A stretch of DNA of 64,000 bases from Isurus oxyrinchus (lineage: Eukaryota): positions 42,966,001 to 43,030,000 of the forward strand of contig JANJGN010000021.1 in NCBI GenBank assembly GCA_026770705.1. The letters run 5' to 3'. The position numbers were made by a program, and so were the translations under genes. Below the pieces are notes generated by a model. The model made no database searches and was not told the DNA's origin. It saw nothing but the letters and a program-made list of their open reading frames with translations. Of the stretch, positions 49,445 to 62,071 are shown one piece after another. Position 1 is the stretch's first letter. Every line of letters starts with the position of its first letter.

Positions 49445-49870
49445 AAGAAGAAAGGCTTTCATTTATACTGTACCTTTCCCGTCCTGAAATCAGCCCAACC
49501 AATTAATGACCTTATAATGCAGTTAATGATGTTTTGTTGGCAGAGATACAACAATTAAATTGTGCACAATTAGGTCCCATAAGCAGCAACAAGACAAATG
49601 CCCTGATAATTTGTTTCGGTGGTGCTTATTGAGGGATAAATGTGCTGGAACACAAGAAGTACTCTTCTTATCTTCTTCAGAAAGCACTCTGAGATTTTTA
49701 ATGTTCACCTGGAAGATCTGTCAAAGTGCCAGTTTAATTTCTCGGTCAAAAGACAGTACCTTCAACAATGCAGTGCTGAAATGTTTGCCCAGATTAGGTA
49801 CTCAAGTCCCAGTGATGGCACTTGAACCCATGTACTTCTGATTCAGAGTTAAGTCCTCTACTACTGGGTC
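49445..49870 (-). mobile_element. DeuSINE, degenerate
   Basis: Reverse-complement similarity to 18575-18980. Confidence 0.6.
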
Positions 49871-51179
49871 AACTTTCGATTTAAGTATTTATTTTAACTA
49901 ATTTCAGCCTCCTTCAGCTCCTGAGCCTTTCCCCACTCTTGACTGACCCTACTCTGGCACATAACAAAGCTCTTCCATCTATTTTGGCCTTAGCTCTGCT
50001 TGTCTTGTCTGTTTCCCTTTGGCCTTTTCTGATTTCCTGCTTTTCTTGCCACCAATCCAACACATCTTGAATCCGCCACAGATCTTGGCCCTTCCCTGGT
50101 GACCTGCTTGTTGTTCTGCCCGCCTGCTTGGGTTCCTTGACCTTTTCCCTCTTGCTCCTGGCTCTACCATACTACCCTGCAGCTGTTACCTCTGACTCCC
50201 TCAGCTCCCCTAACCTGTTTCCTATCCCCAACAGGTTCCACTGCATCTTCTAGTCTTCCTCTGGTGATTGTGTTTATTTTTAGATAAAATGTACATTTTG
50301 TCCACACAACATTTTGAAACATTTGTGTTTTCTAACATCACGTCAACCAACACACTTCAGTATTACTTCATCTGCCATATATATAAATGAGACAGTGCTT
50401 TGTAAACTCCTGGATTGTAAACAGATGTAATTGTAACCCATTTTCCTTGGGCAAAGCTGCAGGACTTCCATGAATAATGACTCATTTACGCCTATGAATA
50501 TTCAAAGAATGAATCTGGAAATTTCTAATTGTGTAATCCTAAAGTTCTTCCATATTCACCAAGCTCATAAAGTGGAAAATCATGAATCTAATAGAAGATA
50601 ATTAGCTGCAAGTATGCAACATAGAAAATAAATGGGAGCTTCCCGAAAAATAAAGGACAAGTCAGAAGTACAATACTCAGCTAATAAATGATGATGCAAG
50701 GAAGGTAAATGTTTACCTTGAGTGTGATTCACAAAGAAGAAATTGTGGTCTTAACTGTACAAACAGAAATTAAACAGTCTTTCATTCGGAAAACAGACGG
50801 TAGTCAGAGTGTGCTATGCAAGGAGCAATTAGTGGTCAGGAATATGCACAATGTGATCTTTTTAATCCTATAATCTGGATCTTGAGCATTTGCAATTTAA
50901 GGCTATGGCTTAGAGGCTTCAACTGTAAGTGGTTGCAATCAAAAGTGCTACTGCTTCAATGCAAGGGCGGCAGATATATCCAAACTTGCCCAACTAAGAA
51001 TAAATCCAACCTGGTGCATTCCAGTTTCGGAAACAACGTCAACCCTTACTTATTCTTCAAATTCAAATAAATCTCAAAACTGTTTTGAAGTTTGCCACAT
51101 AATTAGTTGAGAACCACAGAATATTGAGAGCCGGTGAATGATTTTTCTTTAATGCCACTTGGTTAAGTGAAAGGATTAC

Positions 51180-51335
51180 CTGTGTTTCCACATCAGTGAG
51201 CTTGCGAGTCTGTTCCGCAGTTTGAGTCAGGAGATTAGTTCCTATTTCTAACATGGCTGCCGTCTGGTTCTGCACCACATTCCTCTGGATCTCCACTATC
51301 TCAGTCTTCACGCTGTCCTGAATATAGTTTTCAAG
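51180..51335 (-). CDS. ANGPT2: Angiopoietin (ANGPT2-like) coding exon 2, coiled-coil region
   Basis: Translates LENYIQDSVKTEIVEIQRNVVQNQTAAMLEIGTNLLTQTAEQTRKLTDVETQ. Acceptor ttgcag, donor gtaatc, 156 bp, phase 0/0, as for ANGPT1/2 exon 2. Paralog assignment is less certain than family assignment. Confidence 0.93.
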
Positions 51336-51479
51336 CTGCAATGAAATGATATAAATGACTTTATATAAGCTCATTTAAGATTCAGTATATTAGAAAATGT
51401 ACCTGGGTTTCAAGTTGCAATGTGACAGAAAAAAAAAATTTGAAAAGTTTAATGGACTTACTGGTGCTGAAGAGAATGT

Positions 51480-51810
51480 CTACAACACCACCAATTGGTT
51501 TTAAATAACACCTTTAATGCAGTAAGATGCTCCAAGGGGCATTATCAGTCAGAATTTGACACTGGGTCACATAAGGCAATGTTAGTGCAGATAACCAAAA
51601 GTTTGCTCAATGAAATAGGTTTAATGGAGTTTGTTAGAAGAGTAAAGAGAGGAAGGAGTGTACCAAGGTTTAAGGAGGGAATTCCAGAGCTTTGAGCTTT
51701 TGCAGCTGGAGCATGGTCGTGAATGGTGGAGTGATTAAAATCGGGAATGCTCAAAAGGCCAGAAGTGGAGGAGCTTGAGTACCTTGGAAGGTTATAGGAC
51801 TGGAAGAGTT
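51480..51810 (-). mobile_element. L2-type LINE 3' fragment
   Basis: Reverse-complement similarity to 27840-28145 (CTCTGGAATTCCCTC). Confidence 0.6.
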
Positions 51811-52239
51811 TTCTTGTTTTACGATCAGAAGCCCTTTTGATGAGGGATTTTCACCTTTGGGGCCTCTTTCAAAGAGGCAGCATTGATATCAAAGCTCTTT
51901 CAAAACAGGAATATCAGCACCAAGAACTCTTACAAAGAACTGAGCAATGAATTTCTATAGGGGGGATTCTACAATTCATTCACCTTACCTTCAGCAGAAC
52001 AGCTGCTGAAACAACAGGAATAGGCATAAATTATGCATGCAGTATATTTCAAAGTTTGCCACTGTAGTTATGATGGGCTAGTTGGAGATCCAGTGCAGAA
52101 ATTCATCCCCTAACTGTCAAAGGTTCTGACAATCTCCCTCCACAATGACAGCTTGCATTGCTTCTTCGGGAATTCCACAGGTCTTGTACTGAATTTATAG
52201 TGGGAGGCTGGGAGTTCCCATAGGAAATTCCTCCCCAGT

Positions 52240-53572
52240 AATGTATAGATGATTTCAATTTTTGAGTGCATCAGGGATTGTTTCTTAGATCAATAGGTTG
52301 TAGAACCTACCTGGGAGCAAGCTATTTTAGGTCTAGTAATGTGTGATGAGGTAGGATTAATAAACGATATCGAAGTTAAGGATCCCCTATTGGATAGCGA
52401 TCACAACATGGTAGAATTTCAAATTTAGTTTGAGGGCAAGCAACTCAGGTCTCAAATCAGTGTCCTCAACTGTATTGAGGGTTATGCACTATTTAGAATT
52501 GAGGATTGGTTAACACACAGAAGACAGAGAGTTGGGATTAATGGGTCTTTTTCGAGTTGGAAAGACGTGACTAGCGGAGTGCCACAAGGACCTCAATTAT
52601 TTACTATCTATATTAATGATGTGGAGGAGGGAGCAGAGTGTAATATATCCAAGTTTGCTGATGATACAAAAATAGGTAGGAGGGCATGTTACGATGAGGA
52701 CTTAAGGAATCTGCAAAGGGATATAGATAGGTTGAGTAAGTGGGCGAAAACTTGGAGATGGAGTTTAATGTAGGAAAGTGTGAGGTCATGCACTTTGGCA
52801 GGAAGCATCAAAAGGCAAACTATTATTTAAATGGAGAGGGACTCCAAAAAAGTGCAGTACAGAGGGATCTGGGTGTTCTTGTGCATGAAACACAAAAAGT
52901 TAGCATGCAGGTGCAGCAAGAAATTAAGAAGGCAAATGGAATTTTGGCCTGTATTGTTCAGGGGTTGGAGTTTAAAAATAGGGAAGTCTTGTTACAACTG
53001 TACAGGGTGTTGGTGAGGCTGCACCTGGAGTACTGTGTACAGTTTTGGTCTCTGTATTTAAGAAAGGATATACTGCCATTGGAGGCAGTTCAAAATAGAT
53101 TCACTTGGCTGATTCCTGGGATGAAGGCATTGACTTATCAAGAAGCAGGTTAGGCCTTTAGTTATTAAAGTTTAGAAGAATGAGGGGTGATCTTATTGAA
53201 ATGTATAAGATTCTGAGGGGGCTTGACAGGGTAGATGTTGAGAAGATGTTTCCACTAGTGGGGGAATCTCGATCTAGGAGACATAGTTACAGAATAAGGG
53301 AACATTCATTTAAAACTGAGATGCAGAGGAATTTCTTCTCTCAAAGTGAATGTCTGGAATTCTCTACCCCAGAGAGTTGTGGAGGCTGGATCACTGAAAG
53401 TATTTAAAGAGGAAGTAGATATATTTTTGAAATATTGGAGAGTTGAGAGCTGTGAGGAGTTGGCACGAAAGGAGTTGAGGTCTCAGGCAGATTAGCCATG
53501 ATATTGAATGGTGGGGCAGGCTTGAGGGGCCGAATGGCCTACTGCTGCTCCTATTTCTTATGTTCTTATTTT
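52240..53572 (+). mobile_element. CR1 LINE fragment with internal deletion
   Basis: APE end (DSDHNMVEF) joined to RT SGVPQG, KFADDTK, LEYCVQFWS and a 3' tail. Confidence 0.9.
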
Positions 53573-54699
53573 TTGTTTCTCGGTCTATTGGTTATGATTT
53601 TAATTTGAACATTTTAGTTTAAGACAGTGAGTGCTCATTTTATTTTATATTTCAGGCAGAATAATCAAATGTCTAATTCAAATTATTTTATTGACCATTT
53701 TTCATTAAAAAAAATCATAACAATAATTATTTGCTGTGCTATTGATTGACTTCCAGTCAACGAGATAGTATCTCCACAGTGGCATTGCAAATATTGTCAA
53801 TGCAAGAGAAACAAATGAAATTAAGCTGCTGGAAACCATTGATGGGAATGAGAGTACAGATCAGTGGGGCTACAAATAAATCTGAATCTGTCCCTTGAGA
53901 AACCTAGCTTAGCTGTTTACATTTAGAGCAATTGTTAGCTCGTTTTGGACAGTGCCCAGTTGTATCTCACTAAAAGAAGAAAAAGATATCAGGCCCAGTT
54001 CTCCAAGTCTGCTGCGTGCTTTTGGCATGCACCAATTTCACCCCCATAACCTACTTAAGAATCAGCCAGAGGTTAACGGAGTTGTCAAGAAATTTCCTTG
54101 GTACATTTGTTAAGCAAAGTCAATAGCTATTAATAAAACTTCACAGACTCATCCAATTCTGTTTGTAGCATTGGCAAAAATATGAAGGAGTTCTACCATT
54201 ACTTATTGAAAAATTCTTGTGTGGAAAACCAAATTTCTCTTGTCCTTCAACCTGCACAGACTGCATTTAATTGGTAACAAAACGAGTGATTAGCAAGGAA
54301 GGGGGGAATGGAGTTGTTCTGGGAACAAAATCTGAGCGCCAACCTGCACTGGTACTTCTGGTTGTGTGGTGTATTGGGCACCCAAAAATGGATAAATATC
54401 AGAAATATTAGAAGAAAAGGCAGACAATATATTAACCAGTAAAATAAATCTCTGATTAACATATACAGTTAACTCAGTACAAAATATTAGGTCTGTTTGT
54501 CAGACTGGCGAACAGAAGATTCCTGTTGTGCTTTTCATATCCCTATAGCTTGCAGAATTTGCTCTTACAGCATTTTCACAGCATATAACCTATAAAACTA
54601 CAGCACTATGCCATTACCACATTGAGTATCTTCTTTAGATCTCTGTATGTTGTTGCTGCACAAAACTCACTTGTTTGATATACATATTGATTATTTAAT

Positions 54700-55320
54700 A
54701 GATAAAAGCAAAATACTGCTGATGCTGGAAATCTGAAACAAAAACAGGAAACACTGGAAAACTCAGCAGGTCTGACAGCATCTGTGGAGAGAGAGAAAAA
54801 CAAAGCTAATGTTTCGAGTCCGCATGACCCTTCTTCAGAGCTAAAGAGAAGTGGAAATGTGATTCAGTTTATACTGTTTAAGGGGGTGGGGCTGGTGGAG
54901 CTGAATAGAAGCCAGCGATAGTTGGGGACAAAGGAGGGATTGACTAAGATGTCATGTAGGGGAGACCACATTGGGAGCGGCGGATGCAGTAGACCAAATT
55001 GAAGGAGGTGCAAGTGAAGTGCTGCTTCACTTGAAAGGATTGTTTGTGCCCGTGGACGGTGAGGAGGGAGGAGGTAAAGGGGTAGATGTTGCACCTTCTG
55101 CAATTGCCTGGGAAGATGCCATGGGAAGGGGATAAGGTATTAGGGTGATGAAGGAGTGGACCAGAGTGTCCTGGAGGGAATGGTCCCTATGGAATGCTGA
55201 CAGGCAGGGGTGAGGGGAAGATGTGTTTGGTGGTGGCATCATGCTGGAGTTGGCGAAAATGGCGGAGGATGATCCTTTGAACTCGGAGGCTGGAGGGGTG
55301 AAAAATGAGGATAAGGAGGA
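54700..55320 (-). mobile_element. Penelope-like element fragment with internal deletion
   Basis: Pseudo-LTR 54700-54860 plus GIY-YIG-region remnants (LSAFHRDHSLQDTLVHS) on the minus strand. Confidence 0.85.
54804..54842 (-). ncRNA. Minimal hammerhead ribozyme motif, canonical core
   Basis: Minus strand AGCT-CTGAAGA-A-GGGTC-atgcg-GACTC-GAAA-CATT-AGCT; stem III palindrome ACGT appears decayed to ACAT. Confidence 0.65.
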
Positions 55321-55989
55321 CCCTCGATTATTGATTATGATTGTTGAAATGATTATGAAATATGATTATTTCAAATCTTTCAGGTACCAGATGCTTAAAA
55401 TCAACTGAAATGGTGGGAATGTGGTGGGGCCTGAGTTGCATAGAGCATTACCATGCCTTTCTGTTTCGGAAGCTGGATTTGAATCCAATCCCTGAAACTG
55501 GAATGAAAGCCTCTCTCTGAGTTCAGGCACTGTCAATGTAGCTGAAAGAACCTTCCAGATGTCCTCATGGTGCACAAATCATTCCATAATTCAGTGCTAA
55601 TTGGCAGTCTCACTCAAGAAAGCCCTGAGGACCAGTTCTGGGGAAAATAATGATGCAGTAGAATTCATTCTTTTGAGATTGTTGTGAAGGAATATTTTGT
55701 AACCAGCAATAATAGAGTGGCTCCCTGTATCTGACCTGTGTGCTGATGCAACATATTTAGTGGGCTCTGGGGACTGGGCTCAAAATCTAGAAGAAAACCG
55801 ATCTTCACCTGAAAGAGTATTAAAAAATTCTTAAGGGATAAACATAGAGAAGCTCGACAAGCAAGCTGAGAAACCAACTCTGTGACAAGAGTCCGGAACG
55901 ACTCGAGAAATACACCATGTGTTACAGTATTGCAGAATGCAAATATCTGCACCTTGTTTCTGAATTCTTCAGTACAGTTTATGAACTTT

Positions 55990-56232
55990 ACTGCAGCTTA
56001 TTTGAGCCACTCACTTCCTCCGAATAAGAGGTGTTGCCATGGGAACCAGTGTGGGTACCAGCCATGCCTGCCTTTTTTGTGGGAAGTGTGAAACATTCTT
56101 TATTCCAAGCCTATACAGGTCCGCCCCCTCACCTCCTTTTCCAGAATATCGAAGCTTTTGGCATAGATTTGAAAATATAATCAACTTTGCTTCTCATTTC
56201 CAACCCCCCCTCACTTTCACATGGCCCAGCTC
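55990..56232 (+). mobile_element. Penelope RT fragment
   Basis: RGVAMGTSVGTSHACLF and INFASHFQPPLTFTW motifs. Confidence 0.75.
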
Positions 56233-56234
56233 CA

Positions 56235-56417
56235 TTCATATGAACAAGGAGCAGGAGTAGGCCATTCAGCTCCTCGAGCCTGCTCAGCCATTCATTAAGA
56301 TCATGGCTGATCTGATGGTAACCTCAAATCTGCATCCCGCCAACCTGGAATAACCTATCACCCCCTTACTTACCAAGAATCGATCCGCTTCTGCCTTAAA
56401 AAGTATTCAAAGACTTT
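56235..56417 (-). mobile_element. CR1 LINE 3' tail
   Basis: GGAGCAGGAGTAGGCCATTCAGCTCCTCGAGCCTG; matches 62080-62250. Confidence 0.8.
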
Positions 56418-59400
56418 GGGGAAAACTGTCTGTACCCACTGGCGTCGGGTGAGTTTGGTGGTGTGAGCAGACAATATGGCAAGAAGGCCAAAAATTGGTT
56501 TCACGATGTTGTGAAAGCAGTTTGCGATTGTCTGCTCTACCCACAGATGGCAGGCCACGTATCCCGCCATTGGACATCAGGAGCCTCATTGTAATATATT
56601 TCCATTATTTCCATTTCATTATAAACATAGCCCATTGGAATCATTCCCCACCCCCGCCCCCCCACCCTGCTGGATCGTCCACCCGATGCGTTTCATACAT
56701 ATAATAGGTGTGCACTTGGTGGGCTGCACTTAGCGGGGAACTGGAGGTAAGTACAGAGTAACATTGCGGAGCACTCGCCCAGGTCGCCTGGTGCACTTCA
56801 GGGTTGAAGCGCATTCAGAGGAGGCGGCGGCAAGGGCTGCCCTGCAGTTGACGTGACTTGGGGGGATGGGGCAAGGGCTGCCCTGCAGTTGAAGGTACCG
56901 CACAAGCACATGCAAGAGTTGGATAACGAGGGAAGCGGCTACACATTAGGCGCAGAGTTTGCCCTCGGCGTGCAGGATTAGCAGTGATGGGCAGGTGCAG
57001 TCAGGAAGCTGACCGCTGTCCACGATTGGCAGCACTGCGCGATTTTACACGGGCGAGCCAATTAAGAGCCACCCAGTCTGATACGCGAACGGTGGAACTG
57101 AGCCCTGCCTGTGGGGCCGGGGCGGGGAGTGTGAGCAGCCTAGCGCGAACTTCATGCATGCGTGCGAGAGAGCACAGAACAATCTCCCTGAGGCACTGAG
57201 CTGCCTCGGAGAGATGAAGAATATTTTGAACAAATTATTGATCATCGGAAAAATTTAATGAAACATGTCCCCTCATTCCCCTCGTGTGACTCTCTCACAT
57301 GAGCAGGGACGTGTTTTTAATTAAAAAATGCAGTTTTTATTTTATTTATGTTTGCTTTTGGAAACCTCAACCCATACGTGGATGAGGTTTCAAAAAAATG
57401 CAAAGGCTGCTTGGTCTTTTTGCCTGCCCACCAACTATTAGGTTGGATGGGCAGTGAAAATTTAAACTCAATTGATAACTTAATGGCCTTAACAGGCCTT
57501 TTAATTGTTGGTGGGGCGATGCTGACTCCGTTGCGCACCTGCCGACCGAACTACCGTGCGACTGCACATTGACCTCAGCACGCTCGGCCAACATCATTGC
57601 GTGTCATTTCACACTCAATCTGGTCGGGCACACGCCCACCCCACTGAGCTAAAAATTCTGGCCTAGGAAAACCTTGTATAAAGTGACCATTCTTCTGCAA
57701 CGAAGACAATTCAGGCACAGCCAGATTGATATGATTGGAGTCAGGCCTCTAGCTTCTCCACCCACTCAAGCAACGCAGAGGCATCAAATTGACACCGAGT
57801 GCTCCAGAGCTTTTTACCCCTTGAGCACAGACTGCAAACTAATGAGCATTTTACTGGACTGCAGAACAGTTGGACAACTGGGCACTTGTACAATCTCCTT
57901 GCTAAAGCTGACCATAGAGAAGTCACTGGTGAGGCGCACACAGCCCTTTGCAATGTCATCATCCCAGTTTGGACCAGCCTTCTTGATAGTTCAAGCTAAC
58001 AGTGCAGCCTTACAGTGCAGGTTAGGAGAATGTCTGTGCCTGAACTGAGAGCACAGCATGCAGTCCAATGGGCAAAGCTGCTGCTAATTGGTCCAGTGGA
58101 ATGGGCGGAGGATGGTGGGGTTTTGGGCAGCCACGCAATGCACTGATCTCTGGCCATCCAGGTGGTGGGCAGCACCCCGTGGGATGTGTTAAGGGGCCTT
58201 CAGACTCAACCAACACAGGTCCTTAGTACACCCATGCTAACCCATGCATCTCTCTCTTTCATCCTGCAAGAGGAGTACATCAGGATTGTGGAGCCTGGCG
58301 ACCTAACAGAATGCCTCGTGGCTTACAGACAGTGAAGAAGACTGAGAAGAGAGCAACTGAGGCACCTGGCTGCACAGAGGCAGGAGAAACACCCTCTGGA
58401 AGAATGGATGACTGGGACTCCCGCACATGCCACCAAAGAGCCACAGCGAGCCATCGTTAGTCAGTGCCTAGCTATACCCAGGGTCTATAATGCCGTCTTT
58501 CATTCCTGCAGATGATCAAGAACCAGTGTCACCGAGACTGTGCATGTCTAGGGAACTGGTTGCTCACATCTGCCAACTGCTGCAGGATTTGGCACATGGG
58601 GAAATGGAGGGCATCCACTGCCAGTGGCCGTGAAAGTGATCACACCACTCAATTCTATGCTAGTGGCTCCTTTCAGGGCTCCACAGGTCCACAGGTGACC
58701 TCTGAGGGATCTCACAAGACTCCACTCACAAATACATCCATGAGGTCACGGATGCCAGCTTCGTGAAGGCACACAACTTTATGCATTTTGCTCGGGACCA
58801 CGACAGCCAGGATGCAAGAGCAATTGGATTTGTCAAGATCTCAGGTTTCCCACAGGTGCAGGGTGCGATCGACTGCACTCACATGGCGCTCAAATCTCCA
58901 TCACAACACGCAGTGAAATACACCAACTGCAAGGGAATCTATTCGCTGAATGTGCAGTTGTTGTGCGACCTCCACAAATGCATTCTGCAGGTCTGCGCAT
59001 GGTTTCCAGGGAGTGTGCCAGACTCCTACACCCTCAGTTGGTCTCAGAGCCCTGAAGTCTTCCAGGGTCCACAGAAGCTGCAGGGATGGCTCTTCAGGGA
59101 CAAGGGCTACCCGCAGAGGACGTGGCTGATGACACCCATGCGGCGGCCTCAGACTGCAGCAGAGTGATGCTATAATGAGGCTCATGCTGCAACTTGTAAC
59201 TTGGTGGAGCAGACCATCGGGATGCTGAAGATGAGGTTCCGGTACCTGGACTGGCCTGGTGGAGCCCTGCAGTGCAGTCCGCAGAGGGTATCACGCATCG
59301 TGATCATTTGCTGTGCCCTTTGCAACCTGGTGCTGCAACAGGGGTTGTAGCTGTCTAAGGAGGAGCTGGAGGAGCTGGAGGTGTCCCCTGATGAGGAGGA

Positions 59401-60205
59401 TGCGATGGGGATATGGGCGAGGAGGTCCTTGAAGGCCACGATGACGGGGATGAGGCCCTCGCACTGGCCAGACGAGGCAGTCATGCTTGGGAGGCCCTCA
59501 TAGCTCCTAGATTTGCGGAGGATGATGACGACATGCAGTGAGGAGGCACCATATATCCTCACATTACTTTTATGAACATTTGACCCCAGTCTGACTTTGG
59601 CAATGCACATAGCCTCTGTGATAATACTCCTGTCATGGGGATGCAGTGGAGGCCCAAATAGTCCATCGATTGCAGGAGGATGATGATAACATGCAGTGAG
59701 GACTTTTCATAGATCTTTGCATAGCCTCTGAGAATGTTTGACTCTTCTCTGGCCAAGGGCAGCTCATTTGCACTCTGTGATCAGGGCTACGTCATAAAGA
59801 TGTAGCCATGAAACTTTAAAAGCGCCTGATCCTTTGTCCAACTTCAGCATCTGACCCCTTCAGGAGCACAGCGTCACTGGTCACAGATGCTGAAGAGATG
59901 GGGGCCAGCCACACCTTAAAGGTGCTGAGAACACACAGAGAGAATGAGGATCAATGATCTCCTCCGTTCCCCCAGGGTAAGTGACTCATCTCATCACTCT
60001 CAACTCACACACTCACAAACCCATCACACATCCACAGGGCCCTCACTCACTGCCAGTTCAAGGGACATCACTGTTCACTCTCTTACACACAGACCTTCAT
60101 TGTCCCCATCCCATCCATGGGACCATTCACCATCCACACATGCCAGGCATACTTATCATCTGGCCTGGCAAGTGCCATGCTTACACTCTCTCCATCTCTA
60201 TTCAT
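56418..60205 (+). mobile_element. PIF/Harbinger element, same family as 5585-10149, opposite orientation, truncated and rearranged
   Basis: 56418-56700 matches the reverse complement of 9900-10149. Transposase 58270-59560: GFPQVQGAIDCTH, YSLNVQLLCD, FRDKGYP. Confidence 0.88.
56950..57663. mobile_element. Harbinger-type MITE inside the Harbinger element
   Basis: Ends GCGCAGAGTTTG / AAAATTCTGGCC, TSD TAG. Confidence 0.8.
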
Positions 60206-60865
60206 GGTGGTGAAAAAGGCATATGGGACACTTGCCTTTATCAATCGAGGCAGAGATTGCAAAAGTAGGGAGGTCATGTTGGAATTGTATAGAACCTTGG
60301 TGAAGCCACAGCTGGAGTACTGTGTGCAGTTCTGGTCGCCACATTATAGGAAGGATGTGATTGCATTGGAGGGGGTGCAGAGGAGATTCGCCAGGATGTT
60401 GCCTGGGATGAAACATTTAAGTTATGAAGAGAGGTTGGATAGACTTGGATTGTTTTCTTTGGAGCAGAGAAGACTGAGAGGCGACCTGATCGAGGTGTAC
60501 AAGATTATGAGGGGCATGGACAGGGTGGATAGGGAGTACCTGTTCCCCTTAGTTGAAGGGTCAGTCATAAGGGGGCATAAGTTCAAGGTGAGAGGCAGGA
60601 GGTTTAAGGGGGATGTGAAGAAAAACTTTTTTACCCAGAGGGTGGTGATGGTCTGGAGTGCACTGCCTGGGAGGGTGGTGGAGGCGGGTTGCCTCACATC
60701 CTTTAAAAAGTACCTGGATGAGCACTTGGCACAAATTAACATTCAAGGCTATGGGCCAAGTGCTGGTAAATGGGATTAGGTAGGTAGGTCAGGTGTTTCT
60801 CACGTGTCGGTGCAGACTCAATGTGCCGAAGGGCCTCTTCTGCACTGTGATTCTGTGATTCTGTG
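60206..60865 (+). mobile_element. Young CR1 LINE 3' fragment
   Basis: Open frame VVKKAYGTLAFI...LVKPQLEYCVQFWSPHYRKD...GYGPSAGKWD*; tail (CTGTGATT)n. Confidence 0.93.
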
Positions 60866-61975
60866 TTCTTTCAATGCCGCCTTACAAACCGGTACATCCA
60901 ATTCAACTTCCTATTTGTTCAACTGAGGTTTCCCTTCGCTTGTTTGGCAGAACCCTCAACTCTATCCATCCCATTTTCCCCACTTATGTTCTCATCCCTT
61001 CCCTTCGCTCTCAGAACCACAATAAGGTTCCCCTTGTCCTCACCTTCCACCCCACAGCCTCTACATTTAATAGTTAATCCTCCACCAGTTCCCTCACCTG
61101 CAGCATGGTGCCACCACCAAACACACCTTCCCTTCATCTTTTGGCATTCTTAAGGGAGCATTCCCTCCACGATACCCTGGTACACTCTTCAATTACCCCA
61201 AACACTTCCACCCTGTCCCACAGCATCTTCCCATACAAGCACAGAAGGTCCAATAGCTACACTTTTACCTCTTCTCTTCCCATCATCCCGGGCTCCAAAC
61301 ATTCTTCCCAGCTGTCATGCAATTTATTTGTCTTTATTTTACCTTATTTGCTGCTCAAGATGCAGTCTTCTCTACAGCGAGGAGATCAAACACAGATTGG
61401 GTGATCATCTTGCTGAATACCTCTGCTTGGTCCACAAGTTTGAACCTGAAATTCTGGTGGTCTATCATTTTAATTCTCTGCCCTCCTCCCACTCTGACCC
61501 CTCTGTCCTTGGCCTCCTACCGTCTTCCAATGATGCTCATGAAAATTTGAGGAACAACCTCCTTTACAACTTTCAATCTCAACGTTGAGTTCAATGATCA
61601 GATCATAACCACTGCTCCTATTTTTTTCAGACAGCAGATGCTGGTAACAATTCTGTTGCTGCTATTTACTGCATCTCTAGATCCCATCTCCTGTTTCTTC
61701 ATCTGTTTTATTACCATCCCTTTCTGTCTTGCACCACTAACAGTTCTGGCATTTAATCATTCATGCACTCCACCCTAATGCACACCTTCCTTTTTTGTTC
61801 TTACCTCAACTCTCCATCATTCTCAGCCTCCATACTTTCTTAAAACCTGTCACATCTCTATCTTCTTCCAGTTAAGGTGAAAGGTTAATGACTTTAAATG
61901 TTAACTCTGTTTCTGTCTCTGCAAATGCTCCTGATCTGCTGAGTATTTCCAGCATTTTCTGTTTTTATTTCTGCC
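60866..61975 (+). mobile_element. Old Penelope-like element, RT C-terminus to GIY-YIG and pseudo-LTR
   Basis: KVPLVLTFHP, LAFLREHSLHDTLVHSSI, LFYLICCSRCSLLYSEEIKHRLGDHLAEY; degenerate pseudo-LTR 61870-61975. Confidence 0.8.
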
Positions 61976-62071
61976 ACAGCAGTGCTGGGACACCACAGCT
62001 GGCCTCCGTTCACCTGGAATTGTCACATTGGGGAACCAGATAAACCAGGGTTGCTCAATGCTGCAACCTCA

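Noticed and set aside
60117-60779. 220-aa ORF as a cellular gene
   Set aside because: It is the CR1 ORF2 C-terminus fused to Harbinger intron sequence.
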